Shown piece by piece: positions 28,612-38,114 of a stretch of 64,000 nucleotides of DNA. The position numbers and the translations under genes were made by a program. Each line of letters begins with the position of its first letter. Positions within the stretch are counted from its first letter, which is position 1. Origin of the DNA: Planctomycetota bacterium (GTDB lineage: Bacteria; Planctomycetota; B15-G4); NCBI GenBank assembly GCA_038212275.1, contig JBBQUR010000001.1, positions 256,001 through 320,000 on the forward strand. The letters are read 5' to 3'. The notes below the pieces were generated by a model that made no database searches, was not told the origin of the DNA, and saw nothing but the letters and a program-made list of their open reading frames with translations.

Positions 28612-31314
28612 ATGACGGGCAAGCCGATCACCGGACGCTCGCGCCGCCGCACGACTACGCGCGCGGTGAAGATCGCGGAGAGCGTGTCGCGCGTGTTCAT
28701 CACGTTCGGCGGGATGGGCACGATCGTGGCCGTGGGCGGGATTTTCCTGTTCCTGCTGTCGGTGGCCATCCCGCTCTTCCGCGGCGCCGAACTGCGCGAC
28801 GATGCGAGCGTCGCCGTCCCCGCGCTGCCGGATGCGGTGGCGCCGCTTCACGTCGCGATGGACGACTACCGCAGCTCGGCGTGGGCGCTGCTGCCCGGCG
28901 GCGAGGTGGTCGCCTTCGCGCTGACGGACGGTGCGGAGCTGGATCGCCGCACGCTGTTCGAGGGACGCGCACCCACGGCCTTCCACGCCGCGACGCACGG
29001 CGACTCCGTGGCCTTCGGCTTCGACGACGGCAGCGTGCAGATCGGGCGCATCGGCTTCAGCAGCCGCTTTCTGAGCGCTGACGATCCCGCCGTGACTGCG
29101 GAACAACAGGCCTCACTGCAGCCCGGCGTCTGGCAGCGGCTGGGAAAGGGGCTGGTGGAGCTCACCCCCGAGGGCCAGCTTCGCCTTCAGGAACTGAACG
29201 TCAGCCTCGATGAGCCCGTGCGCTCCGGCAGCGCCTCGCGCGTGCTGCTCATCACGCACTCGGACAGCGAGACGCGCGAGGTCTTCACGGTGCTCAAGGC
29301 GGACGGCTCGCTGCGGCGCGAGGATGTCGCTCGCCGCAAGAATCTGCTCACGGGGCTGGTGACCGTGAAGGTGAAAGAGGTCTCCCTGCCGCTGCAGCCG
29401 CGGCTGGGTCACGGCGCTCCGTCCTTTCTGCTGCAGTCCGATCTCGCCGACAGCATCTGTGTCGCGTGGGACGACGGCTTCACCCAGCGTTTCGACGTCC
29501 GCGATGCGACGGCGCCGAAGCTTGCCGAATCGCTGCAGCTGCTGCCCGGGAGCGATCTCAAGCTCACGGCACTCACGCAGTTGCTCGGCGCGACGACGGT
29601 TGTGGTCGGCGACTCCGGCGGCGGCCTGTCGGGCTGGTTTCTTGCGCGGCCCGAGAACGAGGCGGCGGGCGGCGATCTGCGCCTCGTCCGCGGACACACG
29701 CTTCCCGGGCGGCCTTTCGCGGTCACGTCGCTGGCCGTGTCCGCACGCAACCGGCAGTTCGCCGCCGGCTATGCCGATGGCGCCGTGCGCGTGCTGCACA
29801 TGACCTCCGAGCAACTGCTGGCCGAGGCCGCGCCGACGCAGGACGACAGTGTCGGCGAGTCGGGGTCCGGGACAGGCGCCGTCGCCGACGCGGACGCCGC
29901 CGCGGATGCGGGCGCTGCCACGGGATCATCCGGGGGTGATGGTACGGCCGCGCTCATCGCGCTCTCGCCGCGCGCCGATGGCCTGCTGGCGCTGGGCGCG
30001 GGCCAGGTGCGCCACTGGACGGTGCGCGCGGAGAGTCCCGAGACCACCTTCGCGGCCCTTTTCCGCCCGGTCTGGTACGAAGGCGCCAGCGGTCCGGCGC
30101 ACGTCTGGCAGTCCGGCGGCGGCACCGACGACATCGAACCGAAGTTCGGCCTCTGGCCGCTCGTGTTCGGCACGCTCAAGGCCAGCCTCTACTCGCTGAT
30201 CTTCAGCGTGCCCATCGCGCTGCTGGCGGCCATCTACACCAGCGAATTCCTGTCGCGCTCGATGCGCTCGCGCGTCAAGCCCCTGATCGAGATCATGGCC
30301 AGCCTGCCGAGCGTCGTGCTCGGCTTTCTCGCGGCCATCGTCATCGCGCCGGTGATCGAACACATCGTGCCGGAGGTGCTGGCGGCGATGCTCACCGTCC
30401 CGCTGGCCTTCGTGGTCGGCGCGCACCTGTGGCAGCTGCTGCCGCAGGGCGTGGCGCTGCGCCTTGCGGGGCTGCCCCGCTTCGCCGCGATGATTCTCGC
30501 CGTGTTCGCGGGCCTCGGCCTCGCGGCGCTCTGCGGCGGCGCTCTGCAGCGCGCCTTCTTCGCCGGCGACATCATGGCCTGGCTCGACGGCCAGAAGGGC
30601 GACAGCGTCGGCGGCTGGCTCCTGCTCACGCTGCCGACCGCAGTGTTCCTGGTCGTGCTGCTGCGCGTCCGTCTGCTTGCGGGCTGGACGCGCTCGGTGA
30701 CGCGTCAGTACTCGCGCGGTCGCAGCGCGGCCTTCGGCCTCGGCCTGCTGGTCGTCTCGCTGGGTGGCGTGGTGGTGCTGGCGCTCGGCTTCGCGCACAT
30801 GCTGAACGGCGCGGGCCTCGATCCGCGCGGGAGCTTCGTCGGCACCTACGTGCAGCGCAACGCGCTCATCGTGGGATTCCTCACGGGTTTCGCCGTGATC
30901 CCCATCATGTACACGCTGGCCGAGGACGCGCTGGCCTCGGTGCCGGACCATCTGCGCGCGGCGTCGCTGGCCGCGGGGGCCACGCCCTGGCAGACGGCGG
31001 TGCGCGTCGTCGTGCCGACCGCCATGAGCGGCATCTTCTCGGCAGTGATGATCGGCATCGGCCGCGTCGTCGGCGAGACGATGATCGTGCTCATGGCCGC
31101 CGGCAACACGCCGGTGCTCGACTGGAACATCTTCAACGGCTTCCGAACACTGTCCGCGACGATCGCCGTGGAACTCCCGGAGGCCGTGCAGGGCGGCACG
31201 CTCTATCGCGTGCTCTTCCTCGCGGCGCTCACGCTTTTCGGCATGACCTTCGTGCTGAACACGATCGCCGAAGTCGTCCGCCAGCGCTTCCGCAAGCGGG
31301 CTTACGAGCTGTGA
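28612..31314 (+). CDS. pstC: Phosphate ABC transporter permease PstC with large extracytoplasmic beta-propeller-like insertion
   Basis: PLVFGTLK, EIMASLPSVVLG, EDALASVP, GETMIVLMAAGN, RTLSATIAVELPEA; about 450 aa soluble region after TM1. Confidence 0.92.
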   Translation: MTGKPITGRSRRRTTTRAVKIAESVSRVFITFGGMGTIVAVGGIFLFLLSVAIPLFRGAELRDDASVAVPALPDAVAPLHVAMDDYRSSAWALLPGGEVVAFALTDGAELDRRTLFEGRAPTAFHAATHGDSVAFGFDDGSVQIGRIGFSSRFLSADDPAVTAEQQASLQPGVWQRLGKGLVELTPEGQLRLQELNVSLDEPVRSGSASRVLLITHSDSETREVFTVLKADGSLRREDVARRKNLLTGLVTVKVKEVSLPLQPRLGHGAPSFLLQSDLADSICVAWDDGFTQRFDVRDATAPKLAESLQLLPGSDLKLTALTQLLGATTVVVGDSGGGLSGWFLARPENEAAGGDLRLVRGHTLPGRPFAVTSLAVSARNRQFAAGYADGAVRVLHMTSEQLLAEAAPTQDDSVGESGSGTGAVADADAAADAGAATGSSGGDGTAALIALSPRADGLLALGAGQVRHWTVRAESPETTFAALFRPVWYEGASGPAHVWQSGGGTDDIEPKFGLWPLVFGTLKASLYSLIFSVPIALLAAIYTSEFLSRSMRSRVKPLIEIMASLPSVVLGFLAAIVIAPVIEHIVPEVLAAMLTVPLAFVVGAHLWQLLPQGVALRLAGLPRFAAMILAVFAGLGLAALCGGALQRAFFAGDIMAWLDGQKGDSVGGWLLLTLPTAVFLVVLLRVRLLAGWTRSVTRQYSRGRSAAFGLGLLVVSLGGVVVLALGFAHMLNGAGLDPRGSFVGTYVQRNALIVGFLTGFAVIPIMYTLAEDALASVPDHLRAASLAAGATPWQTAVRVVVPTAMSGIFSAVMIGIGRVVGETMIVLMAAGNTPVLDWNIFNGFRTLSATIAVELPEAVQGGTLYRVLFLAALTLFGMTFVLNTIAEVVRQRFRKRAYEL

Positions 31315-33044
31315 CGCCCGCCCCTGGAAACCCGCTGGTCTCCGGTGCCGCCCGCACGCCACGCCGGGCAGCAGCCGGCCATGGTGCGCTCTCGCGGCGC
31401 ACCGAGGGCGCGCGGCGCACGGCGCTGTTCGCCCACGGCGAACCGATGATCTGGATCACGGGCGGGGCGCTCGCCATCGCGCTGATCATGATCGTCGGCC
31501 TGCTCACGCTCGTCGTCGTGCAGGGCGCGGACACGTTCTGGCCCGAGTCCGTCGTGCAGTTCACCACCGCCGACGGCCGCGTGCTGGCGGGCGAAGTGAC
31601 GCGCAGCGAGGAGTGGACCGTGGACGGCTCGGCGGAAGGTCCCGGGCGCCGGCGCCTCCTTCGCGTCGGCAACTACGAGCTGACGGGCGAGCACTTCGCG
31701 TGGGTGCCCGATACGGACATCGTGGTGGAAAGCCGTCCGCCCTGGTTCCTGGTCGTGGAGCGCCTCTCGTGGGGGCGCTTCTACGGCGTGCCGAGCGGCT
31801 ACGTATCGGGTGGCAAGGCGGTGGCCTGCGATCCTGCCGACGCCTGGGCGTTCTTTGAAGCGAATCACGACGCGGTGCGCGAGCGCTGGGAGCAACGCAC
31901 GGAGCTGGAGACCGACACCATCGGCGACGTGAACCGCGAACTGGAAGACGCACGGCTCGCGCTGCGCACGGTGGAGCTGGAGCATGGCGTGAAATCGCCG
32001 GAATGGGTGCACGCGAACGACGCCTTCGAAGCTCGCCGGCTGGAGCTGGAGGCTCGCTACGCGGACATCCGCACGGAGATCAAGGCGCTCGATGAACGCA
32101 ATGCCGCCGAGTGCCTGACGCTGCGCACCGCGGGCGGGCAGGAGGTGCCGCTGGGGCTCGCCGACATCGTGCGCGCCTACCCGGCCAACCAGCTCGGCGT
32201 GTTCGGGCGGCTGGGCGTCTATCTCTCGCGCTGGGGCGAGTTTCTCACCGGCGTGCCGCGCGAGGCCAACAGCGAGGGCGGCGTCTGGCCGGCCATCTTC
32301 GGCACCGTGATGATGACACTGGTCATGTCGCTGCTGGTCGTGCCCTTCGGCGTGCTGGCCGCGCTCTACCTGCGCGAGTACGCACGGCCGGGACTGCTGA
32401 CCTCCGCGGTGCGCATCGCGGTGAACAACCTGGCGGGCGTGCCGAGCATCGTCTTCGGCGTCTTCGGCCTCGGTTTCTTCTGCTACATCGTCGGCGCGCG
32501 CGTGGACGAGCTCTTCTTCTCCGCCAAGCTGCCCACGCCGACGTTCGGCACGGGGGGCGTGCTGTGGGCTTCGCTGACGCTTGCCCTGCTCACGCTGCCC
32601 GTCGTCATCGTCGCCACCGAGGAAGCCCTCGCGGCCGTGCCGGGCAGCATGCGCGAAGGCAGCTACGCCTGCGGCGCGAGCAAGTGGCAGACCATCCGCC
32701 GCATCGTGCTGCCGCGCGCCATGCCGGGCATCATGACCGGCCTGATCCTCGCGCTGGCGCGCGGCGCCGGCGAGGTCGCGCCGCTCATGCTCGTCGGCGC
32801 GGTCAAGCTCGCGCCCGAACTCCCGGTCGACGGGCAGTTCCCCTTCGTGCATCTGCAGCGCTCGTTCATGCACCTCGGCTTCCACATCTACGACCTGGGT
32901 TTCCAGAGTCAGAACAGCGAGGCCGCCAAGCCGATGGTCTTCACCACGACGCTGCTGCTCATCGGCCTCGTCGTGCTGCTGAACATCGCGGCGATCATGG
33001 TCCGCACGCGCCTTCGCGCGCGCTACGTCACGGGGAAGTTCTGA
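31311..33044 (+). CDS. pstA: Phosphate ABC transporter permease PstA (long form)
   Basis: [48 protein letters not shown] overlap with pstC. Confidence 0.93.
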   Translation: MTPAPGNPLVSGAARTPRRAAAGHGALSRRTEGARRTALFAHGEPMIWITGGALAIALIMIVGLLTLVVVQGADTFWPESVVQFTTADGRVLAGEVTRSEEWTVDGSAEGPGRRRLLRVGNYELTGEHFAWVPDTDIVVESRPPWFLVVERLSWGRFYGVPSGYVSGGKAVACDPADAWAFFEANHDAVRERWEQRTELETDTIGDVNRELEDARLALRTVELEHGVKSPEWVHANDAFEARRLELEARYADIRTEIKALDERNAAECLTLRTAGGQEVPLGLADIVRAYPANQLGVFGRLGVYLSRWGEFLTGVPREANSEGGVWPAIFGTVMMTLVMSLLVVPFGVLAALYLREYARPGLLTSAVRIAVNNLAGVPSIVFGVFGLGFFCYIVGARVDELFFSAKLPTPTFGTGGVLWASLTLALLTLPVVIVATEEALAAVPGSMREGSYACGASKWQTIRRIVLPRAMPGIMTGLILALARGAGEVAPLMLVGAVKLAPELPVDGQFPFVHLQRSFMHLGFHIYDLGFQSQNSEAAKPMVFTTTLLLIGLVVLLNIAAIMVRTRLRARYVTGKF

Positions 33045-34033
33045 TGGACGGCATCGGCAGCGGATCGGAGAGAAGCCACGGCGCAGGTGGCGCGCGCGGT
33101 CACATCACAGGAGCACGGGGCGGCGCGCGTCCCGCGATGGAGGTTCCCGGCATGTACCCGCCCGTACCCGAGCAACCGTCGGTCGGCGCGCGCCGCGCTA
33201 CCCCGGCGTCCGCGCTGCTCACGGCCATCGAGCAGGGTCAGAGCGTGCCGACCGACACGCACGCGGCGATCGCCCGCGAGGAGCATGTGCTCAACGTGTC
33301 GGACTTCTCGCTGTGGTACGGCGCGACGCGCGCGCTCTTCGACATCGGCATCGACATCCCGCGCGGCAAGGTCACGGCGCTCATCGGGCCGTCCGGCTGC
33401 GGCAAGTCCACGCTGCTGCGCTCGGTGAACAGGCTCAACGATCTCGTCGACGGAATCCGCATCGAGGGCGACATGCGCCTCAACGCCGACTCGATCTATG
33501 CGCCCGGCGTGGATGTCATCGAGTTGCGCAAGCGCATGGGGATGGTCTTCCAGAAGAGCAATCCGTTCCCGATGAGCATCTACGAGAACGTCGTCTATTC
33601 GCTGCGCATCGACGGCGAGCGCGACCGGCGCGTGCTCGACGAGGTCTGCGAACGCAGCCTGCGCAGCGCGGCGCTCTGGGACGAGGCCAAGGACCGGCTG
33701 AACTCCAGCGGCCTGGGCCTGTCGGGCGGCCAGCAGCAGCGCCTCTGCATCGCACGCGCGATCGCTGCCGAGCCCGAGGTGCTCCTCATGGACGAGCCGT
33801 GCTCGGCGCTGGACCCGATCGCCACGGGCCGCATCGAGGATCTCATCGCGGAGCTCAAGGGCAGCTACTCGGTGCTCATCGTGACGCACAACATGCAGCA
33901 GGCGGCGCGCACGTCGGACTTCACGGCGTTCATGTACCGCGGGCGCCTCATCGAGTACGGCCCGACGGGCGACGTCTTCACGGCGCCGCACCGTCCGGAG
34001 ACCGAGGACTACATTTCGGGACGCTTCGGATGA
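33044..34033 (+). CDS. pstB: Phosphate ABC transporter ATP-binding protein
   Basis: [45 protein letters not shown]. Confidence 0.97.
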   Translation: MDGIGSGSERSHGAGGARGHITGARGGARPAMEVPGMYPPVPEQPSVGARRATPASALLTAIEQGQSVPTDTHAAIAREEHVLNVSDFSLWYGATRALFDIGIDIPRGKVTALIGPSGCGKSTLLRSVNRLNDLVDGIRIEGDMRLNADSIYAPGVDVIELRKRMGMVFQKSNPFPMSIYENVVYSLRIDGERDRRVLDEVCERSLRSAALWDEAKDRLNSSGLGLSGGQQQRLCIARAIAAEPEVLLMDEPCSALDPIATGRIEDLIAELKGSYSVLIVTHNMQQAARTSDFTAFMYRGRLIEYGPTGDVFTAPHRPETEDYISGRFG

Positions 34034-34698
34034 GCCGCGCGCTGGAACACGAACTGACGCAGCTTCGACGGCAGTTCACGGCCTACGCGAGTTCCTGCCT
34101 GACGGCGCTCGAACGCTCGTGCGAGGTCCTCGCCGAGCGCGACACGGAGCTGGCGCGGCAGGTCATCGAGGGCGACGACCAGGTGGATGAGGCCGAGATC
34201 CACATCGAGACGGAGTGCGTCCGCCTGATGTCGCTGTATCAGCCTGTGGCGCACGACCTGCGCATGCTGGTGACCATGCTCAAGATGAACTACGACCTCG
34301 AGCGCGTTGCGGACCATGCCACCAACATCTCGTGGCTGGCGCGGAGCATCGTGAAGCGCGGCGGACGCATCACGCCGGACCTGCTGGCGCTGGCGGACCG
34401 CGTGGTGCGCGGCAGCCGGAGCGTACTGCAGGCCTTCCTGGACCAGGACCTCGCGCTGGCGCACGCCGTCGTGGCGGGCGACGCCGAGGTGGACAGGCTC
34501 GACCGCGTCGTCCGGCACGAGGTGCACGACATGCTGGCGGCCGACGGAGAGGTCTCCTGTGCGCTGGACGCCTTCCGCATCTCGCGGGAACTCGAACGCG
34601 TGGGCGATCACGTCACGAACATCGCGGAAGAGACGATCTATCTCATCACGGGCGAGATCGTCCGGCATCACGGCGGGGCCGCAGCCACGGCGCCCTGA
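34030..34698 (+). CDS. phoU: Phosphate signalling regulator PhoU
   Basis: [38 protein letters not shown] overlap with pstB. Confidence 0.95.
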   Translation: MSRALEHELTQLRRQFTAYASSCLTALERSCEVLAERDTELARQVIEGDDQVDEAEIHIETECVRLMSLYQPVAHDLRMLVTMLKMNYDLERVADHATNISWLARSIVKRGGRITPDLLALADRVVRGSRSVLQAFLDQDLALAHAVVAGDAEVDRLDRVVRHEVHDMLAADGEVSCALDAFRISRELERVGDHVTNIAEETIYLITGEIVRHHGGAAATAP

Positions 34699-34711
34699 GC
34701 CACGGCGCGAT

Positions 34712-34778
34712 GATCCACGGCGACCCGCGCCGCGGTGGCGCGAGGCCGGGCGACCCGATCCACGGCGACCCGCGCCGC
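34712..34778. repeat. 22-bp direct repeat (GATCCACGGCGACCCGCGCCGC) x2 between convergent genes
   Basis: Copies at 34712-34733 and 34757-34778. Confidence 0.85.
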
Positions 34779-34785
34779 CGAGCCG

Positions 34786-35376
34786 TCATTCCATCTCCGG
34801 CTCGAGGTCCACGCCCAGACCGTCCGCGATGCGATTGATGTAGGCGAAGTACGCAGCCGCCTGCGCGGCGTCGTGGATCGCGACGTCGTCGAGGCCCGCG
34901 GCGCGCATCGGCTCCAGATGATCCGCCGTGGTGGAGGCGGGGGAGAGCGTCAGGCGCTCGGCGTACTGCAGCAGAGCCCGCAGCCTCGGCGTGTGGGCGG
35001 CCTCGCTGCCCTGGGCCGCGATGTCGGCCGCGAAGCTGCGCGCCGCCGTGGCCGCATCGTCGTCGGATGCGCCGGAAGCTCGCAGCTCGTTCTGGACCTC
35101 GACACGGAGGTCAGCCTGGTGGGCGGCCACTCAGTAGAAGCATTCGTTGCAGCGCGAGACGGTGACGGCAATGGCCTCGCGCTCGGCGCGCGTCAGCGGC
35201 GAGCGCCCGTACATGATCACGCGGTAAAGCTCGAGGGACGCGGCGAGCACCGAGGGATTCAGGCTCTGCAGCTGGAGAATCCTGAAGACGCGACCGGCGC
35301 GTCGCAGCGCGGCGGCGTAGATCCGCGCAAGCTCGCCTTGCGCGTCTCCGGGAGGAACCTGACGGATGTATGCCAT
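34786..35376 (-). CDS. AhpD/carboxymuconolactone decarboxylase-type peroxidase, predicted selenoprotein (UGA=Sec at codon 82, CxxU)
   Basis: Track ORFs 35131-35442 and 34786-35130 abut in frame across TGA 35131-35133: REAIAVTVSRCNECFY-U-VAAH...YINRIADGLG, matching the AhpD CxxCxxxH motif. Confidence 0.85.
35092..35114 (-). promoter_or_regulatory. Candidate bacterial SECIS element of the AhpD-like gene
   Basis: GACCUC-CGUGUC-GAGGUC hairpin; loop starts 25 nt after UGA with G at loop position 2. Confidence 0.65.
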
Positions 35377-35631
35377 GCGCGGCAGTATAGGCCGGTGCGC
35401 GACTCGCCCGGCGCGTCGGCGGCGCCCCGGCATGGTGTTCAAGGGACCCTCAGGTCAGCGCTTTCATGCGTGGCGCGGGCATGCGCGGCTTGACTTGCCC
35501 GTTCGGGATGCGTTTGCTGTTCCCTGCCCGCATGACGGGTGGAACGAGCGACACGTACGGATCGGCGACCGCCAGTGATGCCCGGGCATCCGGCGCCGGC
35601 TCCGGCGGAAGTCCGCGAGGAGGATTCACGA

Positions 35632-36441
35632 GTGGAACACAGCGATGCCCTGCAGGCCCTCTTCCGTTGGGCGCACATCGTGGCCGGAGTGCTCTGGATC
35701 GGCCTGCTGTACTACTTCAACTTCGTGAACGGGCAGGTCATGGGCACGCTCGACAAGGACACCAAGCAGAAGGTGATCCCGGAGCTCATGCCGCGCGCGC
35801 TCTACTTCTTCCGCTGGGGCGCGGCGTGGACGTGGATCACCGGCTTCGGCCTCCTCGGCCTCGTCTACCACATGAACAAGGACACGATGTTCGGGGCGCC
35901 CGTGATGAGCTCCGACGGCGTGCTGTCCGGCGGTGGCTGGGGACCGGGCGCCGGCATCATGGTGCTGCTCGCCTTCGTCGGCACGTTCATCTACGACGCG
36001 CTTGCCAAGTCGCCGCTCGGGAAGAAGAACCAGAACTTCGCGATCCTCGCCTTCGTGCTCGTCGCCGTCATGATCTGGGCTTTCGAACACGTGGGCCACC
36101 TGACCTACCGCGCCACGAACATCCACGTCGGTGTGATGTTCGGCACGATGATGGCCTTCAACGTGTGGTACCGCATCTGGCCCGCGCAGCAGAAGATCAT
36201 CGCGGCGGTGAAGGCTGGGCAGGCGCCGGACGCCGCACTGGTGGCGCTCGCGGGGACGCGTTCGCGGCACAACACCTACATGTCGGTCCCGCTCATCTGG
36301 ACCATGATCAACCAGCACACCGTCTCCTACTCGAGCCAGTACGGGACGGGCATGTACGTGATCACGGCCGGCGTCGTCGCCATCGGCTGGATCTTCGTCA
36401 TGTGGATGTACAAGAAGGCCGGTTCGCTCAAGGGCTTCTGA
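35632..36441 (+). CDS. Urate hydroxylase PuuD-like membrane protein (no cytochrome c domain)
   Basis: RWAHIVAGVLWIG, FRWGAAWTWITG, GTMMAFNVW.RIWPAQQK, RSRHNTY, MINQH; GAGGAGG before GTG; no CxxCH. Confidence 0.8.
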   Translation: MEHSDALQALFRWAHIVAGVLWIGLLYYFNFVNGQVMGTLDKDTKQKVIPELMPRALYFFRWGAAWTWITGFGLLGLVYHMNKDTMFGAPVMSSDGVLSGGGWGPGAGIMVLLAFVGTFIYDALAKSPLGKKNQNFAILAFVLVAVMIWAFEHVGHLTYRATNIHVGVMFGTMMAFNVWYRIWPAQQKIIAAVKAGQAPDAALVALAGTRSRHNTYMSVPLIWTMINQHTVSYSSQYGTGMYVITAGVVAIGWIFVMWMYKKAGSLKGF

Positions 36442-37252
36442 GCGGAGGGCCGCTGCCCCGCAACGGATCGGCGTAGGTTTCGCGGCGCCACGCCCAGGGG
36501 GCATCGACGATCTCGCCGGGCGTGCGGGCGCGCTCCAGCACGTCCAGCGCGAGGCAGAGCACCGAGAGCTGCTGGGCGCGCGCGCCCGGTTCGCCCAGCG
36601 CGTGGCCGAAGGGCCAGCGCAGGAAGAGCGTGCGCGGCGGTCGCACTGCCTCCGAGATCTCGCGCTGGAGCGACAGCGTGATCGTGGGCAGCCCCTGCCG
36701 TTCGAGTTCTCTGGCGACCAGACCGGCCGTCCTGTTGCAGAGGCCTCAGGCGGGGACGAGCAGTGCAACGTCCGCCGGAAGGCCGCGCACAAGCTCCGCG
36801 ACGGCAGGGGCCGTGCGCGCCCGCAGCGTGGCGACATGCGGGCCATCCACGTGGCCCATGAGGCCGACGTGCGCGCGCGCCAGGCCGGCCAGCCGCCCGG
36901 CCGCGACCAGCTCGCGCAGGCGCTCCACCGGATAGACGAGGTTGAGGTCGCGGCGCGCGTCTCGCGTGTCGTAGTAGTCGTGCGTGATGCGAAGGCTGGT
37001 TGCCGGCGCGTCTTCGAGCAGGACGCGGAACGACGGGTCGCCGTCCGGGTCGGTCATGTCGAAGGGCGCCTGATCGGCCAGGTGCACGCCGCCCGTGGTG
37101 ATGACGACGAGCGTGCACTCCGCGAGCGGCCTGCGCAGCGGTGTCCAGGGCACGTCCGCCTCCACGGCCTGCGGGTGCGCCGCGAGCCAGCGCTTCGTGA
37201 GCCACGGAAAGGCGGCAAAGAGCCGCGCGGCGAGCGTGCGGAGCAGGCTCAT
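36428..37252 (-). CDS. Glycine/sarcosine/betaine/D-proline reductase selenoprotein B-like (GrdB/PrdB-like) protein, predicted selenoprotein (UGA=Sec at codon 169, UxxC)
   Basis: PWTPLRRPL..TTGGVH..QAPFD..GDPSFR..HDYYD..DLNLVYP then DVALLVPA-TGA(36746-36748)-GLCNRTAGLVARELERQGLPT..RPPR..PFGHALG; frame continues to the stop at 36428. Confidence 0.88.
36709..36742 (-). promoter_or_regulatory. Candidate bacterial SECIS element of the GrdB/PrdB-like gene
   Basis: CUCUG-caacagga-CGGCC-GGUCU-GGUCG-c-CAGAG; two stems, G-starting apical loop 22 nt after UGA. Confidence 0.7.
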
Positions 37253-37316
37253 CGCGCTGCGCGGCGGGACGGGACGTCCGGGCAGGCCGGGGCGTGTGGC
37301 GGCATGCGCGGCGCTC

Positions 37317-38114
37317 TCATCGGTCGTTGAGCGACCAATCGTAGTCGAGCCATCGGATCGAGAGGTCATCGCGATGCGCGCGGATGAAGTCGACGGCCGG
37401 CTGCGGCGCATGGCGCAGCACGAAGTCGATCTTCGAGGCGCCGTCGCGGCTGAAGTCCTCGCCGAACCAGTCGAAGAGCGCGGACAGGTACAGCCGCTGG
37501 TTCTCGCCGTAGAAGACGCCGGGCTCCGTCTCGAAGCGCAGGCCCTTCGTCGTGTCGGCCAGGAAGGCGCGCGTGACGCGGTCGAGCTGTTCGTCGAGCG
37601 TGGCGGCCTCGTAGGCGTCGCTCTGCAGATCCGGGCAAGAACGGCTCGCACACACGATCGCGAAATGGATGCGCGGATCACCCAGCGGCCGCAGCAGCTT
37701 GTGCTCGATGGTGTCGAGGCTGTAGCGCCGGCCATGGACGAGCCAGCGTTCGGCGTCCCAGCGTTCGCCGGAGGAAATGTCCTTGATGCTGCGCAGGTCC
37801 GGCGCCTGTTCCAGGATCAGCTTCAGCGTGAAGGCGTTGTAGGCATTGATCCAGAAGGCCTTGAGCGAGTCGCCGGCCAGCAGGCCCGGATCCGTCGAGC
37901 CCAGCGTGGCGATGCAGGCGTCAAGTGCCGACTCCTGCTGCCTGAGCAGTGCGTAGTCGACGACGCCCGAGTGCACGCAGCGCGAGAGCAGCGCGGTGAA
38001 GGTCTCGTGTGCGAGGGGTATCGGCCTCGACTGCGCCATCACGCGGTCCGCACACGCCGCGAGCAGCATGAGGCAGACCTGCGCTGCGAGCGGGGACGCC
38101 AGCGGATGCTTCAT
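37317..38114 (-). CDS. DUF547 domain protein, probably exported/lipoprotein
   Basis: VDY, AFWINAYNA, SLDTIEH, DPRIHFAIVCASRSCP, LSALFDWFGEDF, YDWSLN; LLAAC lipobox-like; ATGA overlap with GT2. Confidence 0.92.
   Translation of the reverse strand: MKHPLASPLAAQVCLMLLAACADRVMAQSRPIPLAHETFTALLSRCVHSGVVDYALLRQQESALDACIATLGSTDPGLLAGDSLKAFWINAYNAFTLKLILEQAPDLRSIKDISSGERWDAERWLVHGRRYSLDTIEHKLLRPLGDPRIHFAIVCASRSCPDLQSDAYEAATLDEQLDRVTRAFLADTTKGLRFETEPGVFYGENQRLYLSALFDWFGEDFSRDGASKIDFVLRHAPQPAVDFIRAHRDDLSIRWLDYDWSLNDR

Noticed and set aside
34712..34778. 22-bp direct repeat as a mini-CRISPR or target-site duplication
   Set aside because: Only two copies, the 23-bp spacer partly repeats the unit, and there are no cas or transposase genes.
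34786..37252. Reading the two TGA-interrupted genes as pseudogenes or as four small genes
   Set aside because: Each TGA falls exactly on a catalytic Cys-equivalent, both halves stay in frame and intact, and each has a downstream hairpin; Sec recoding is more parsimonious, although selA/selB/selC/selD are not in this window.
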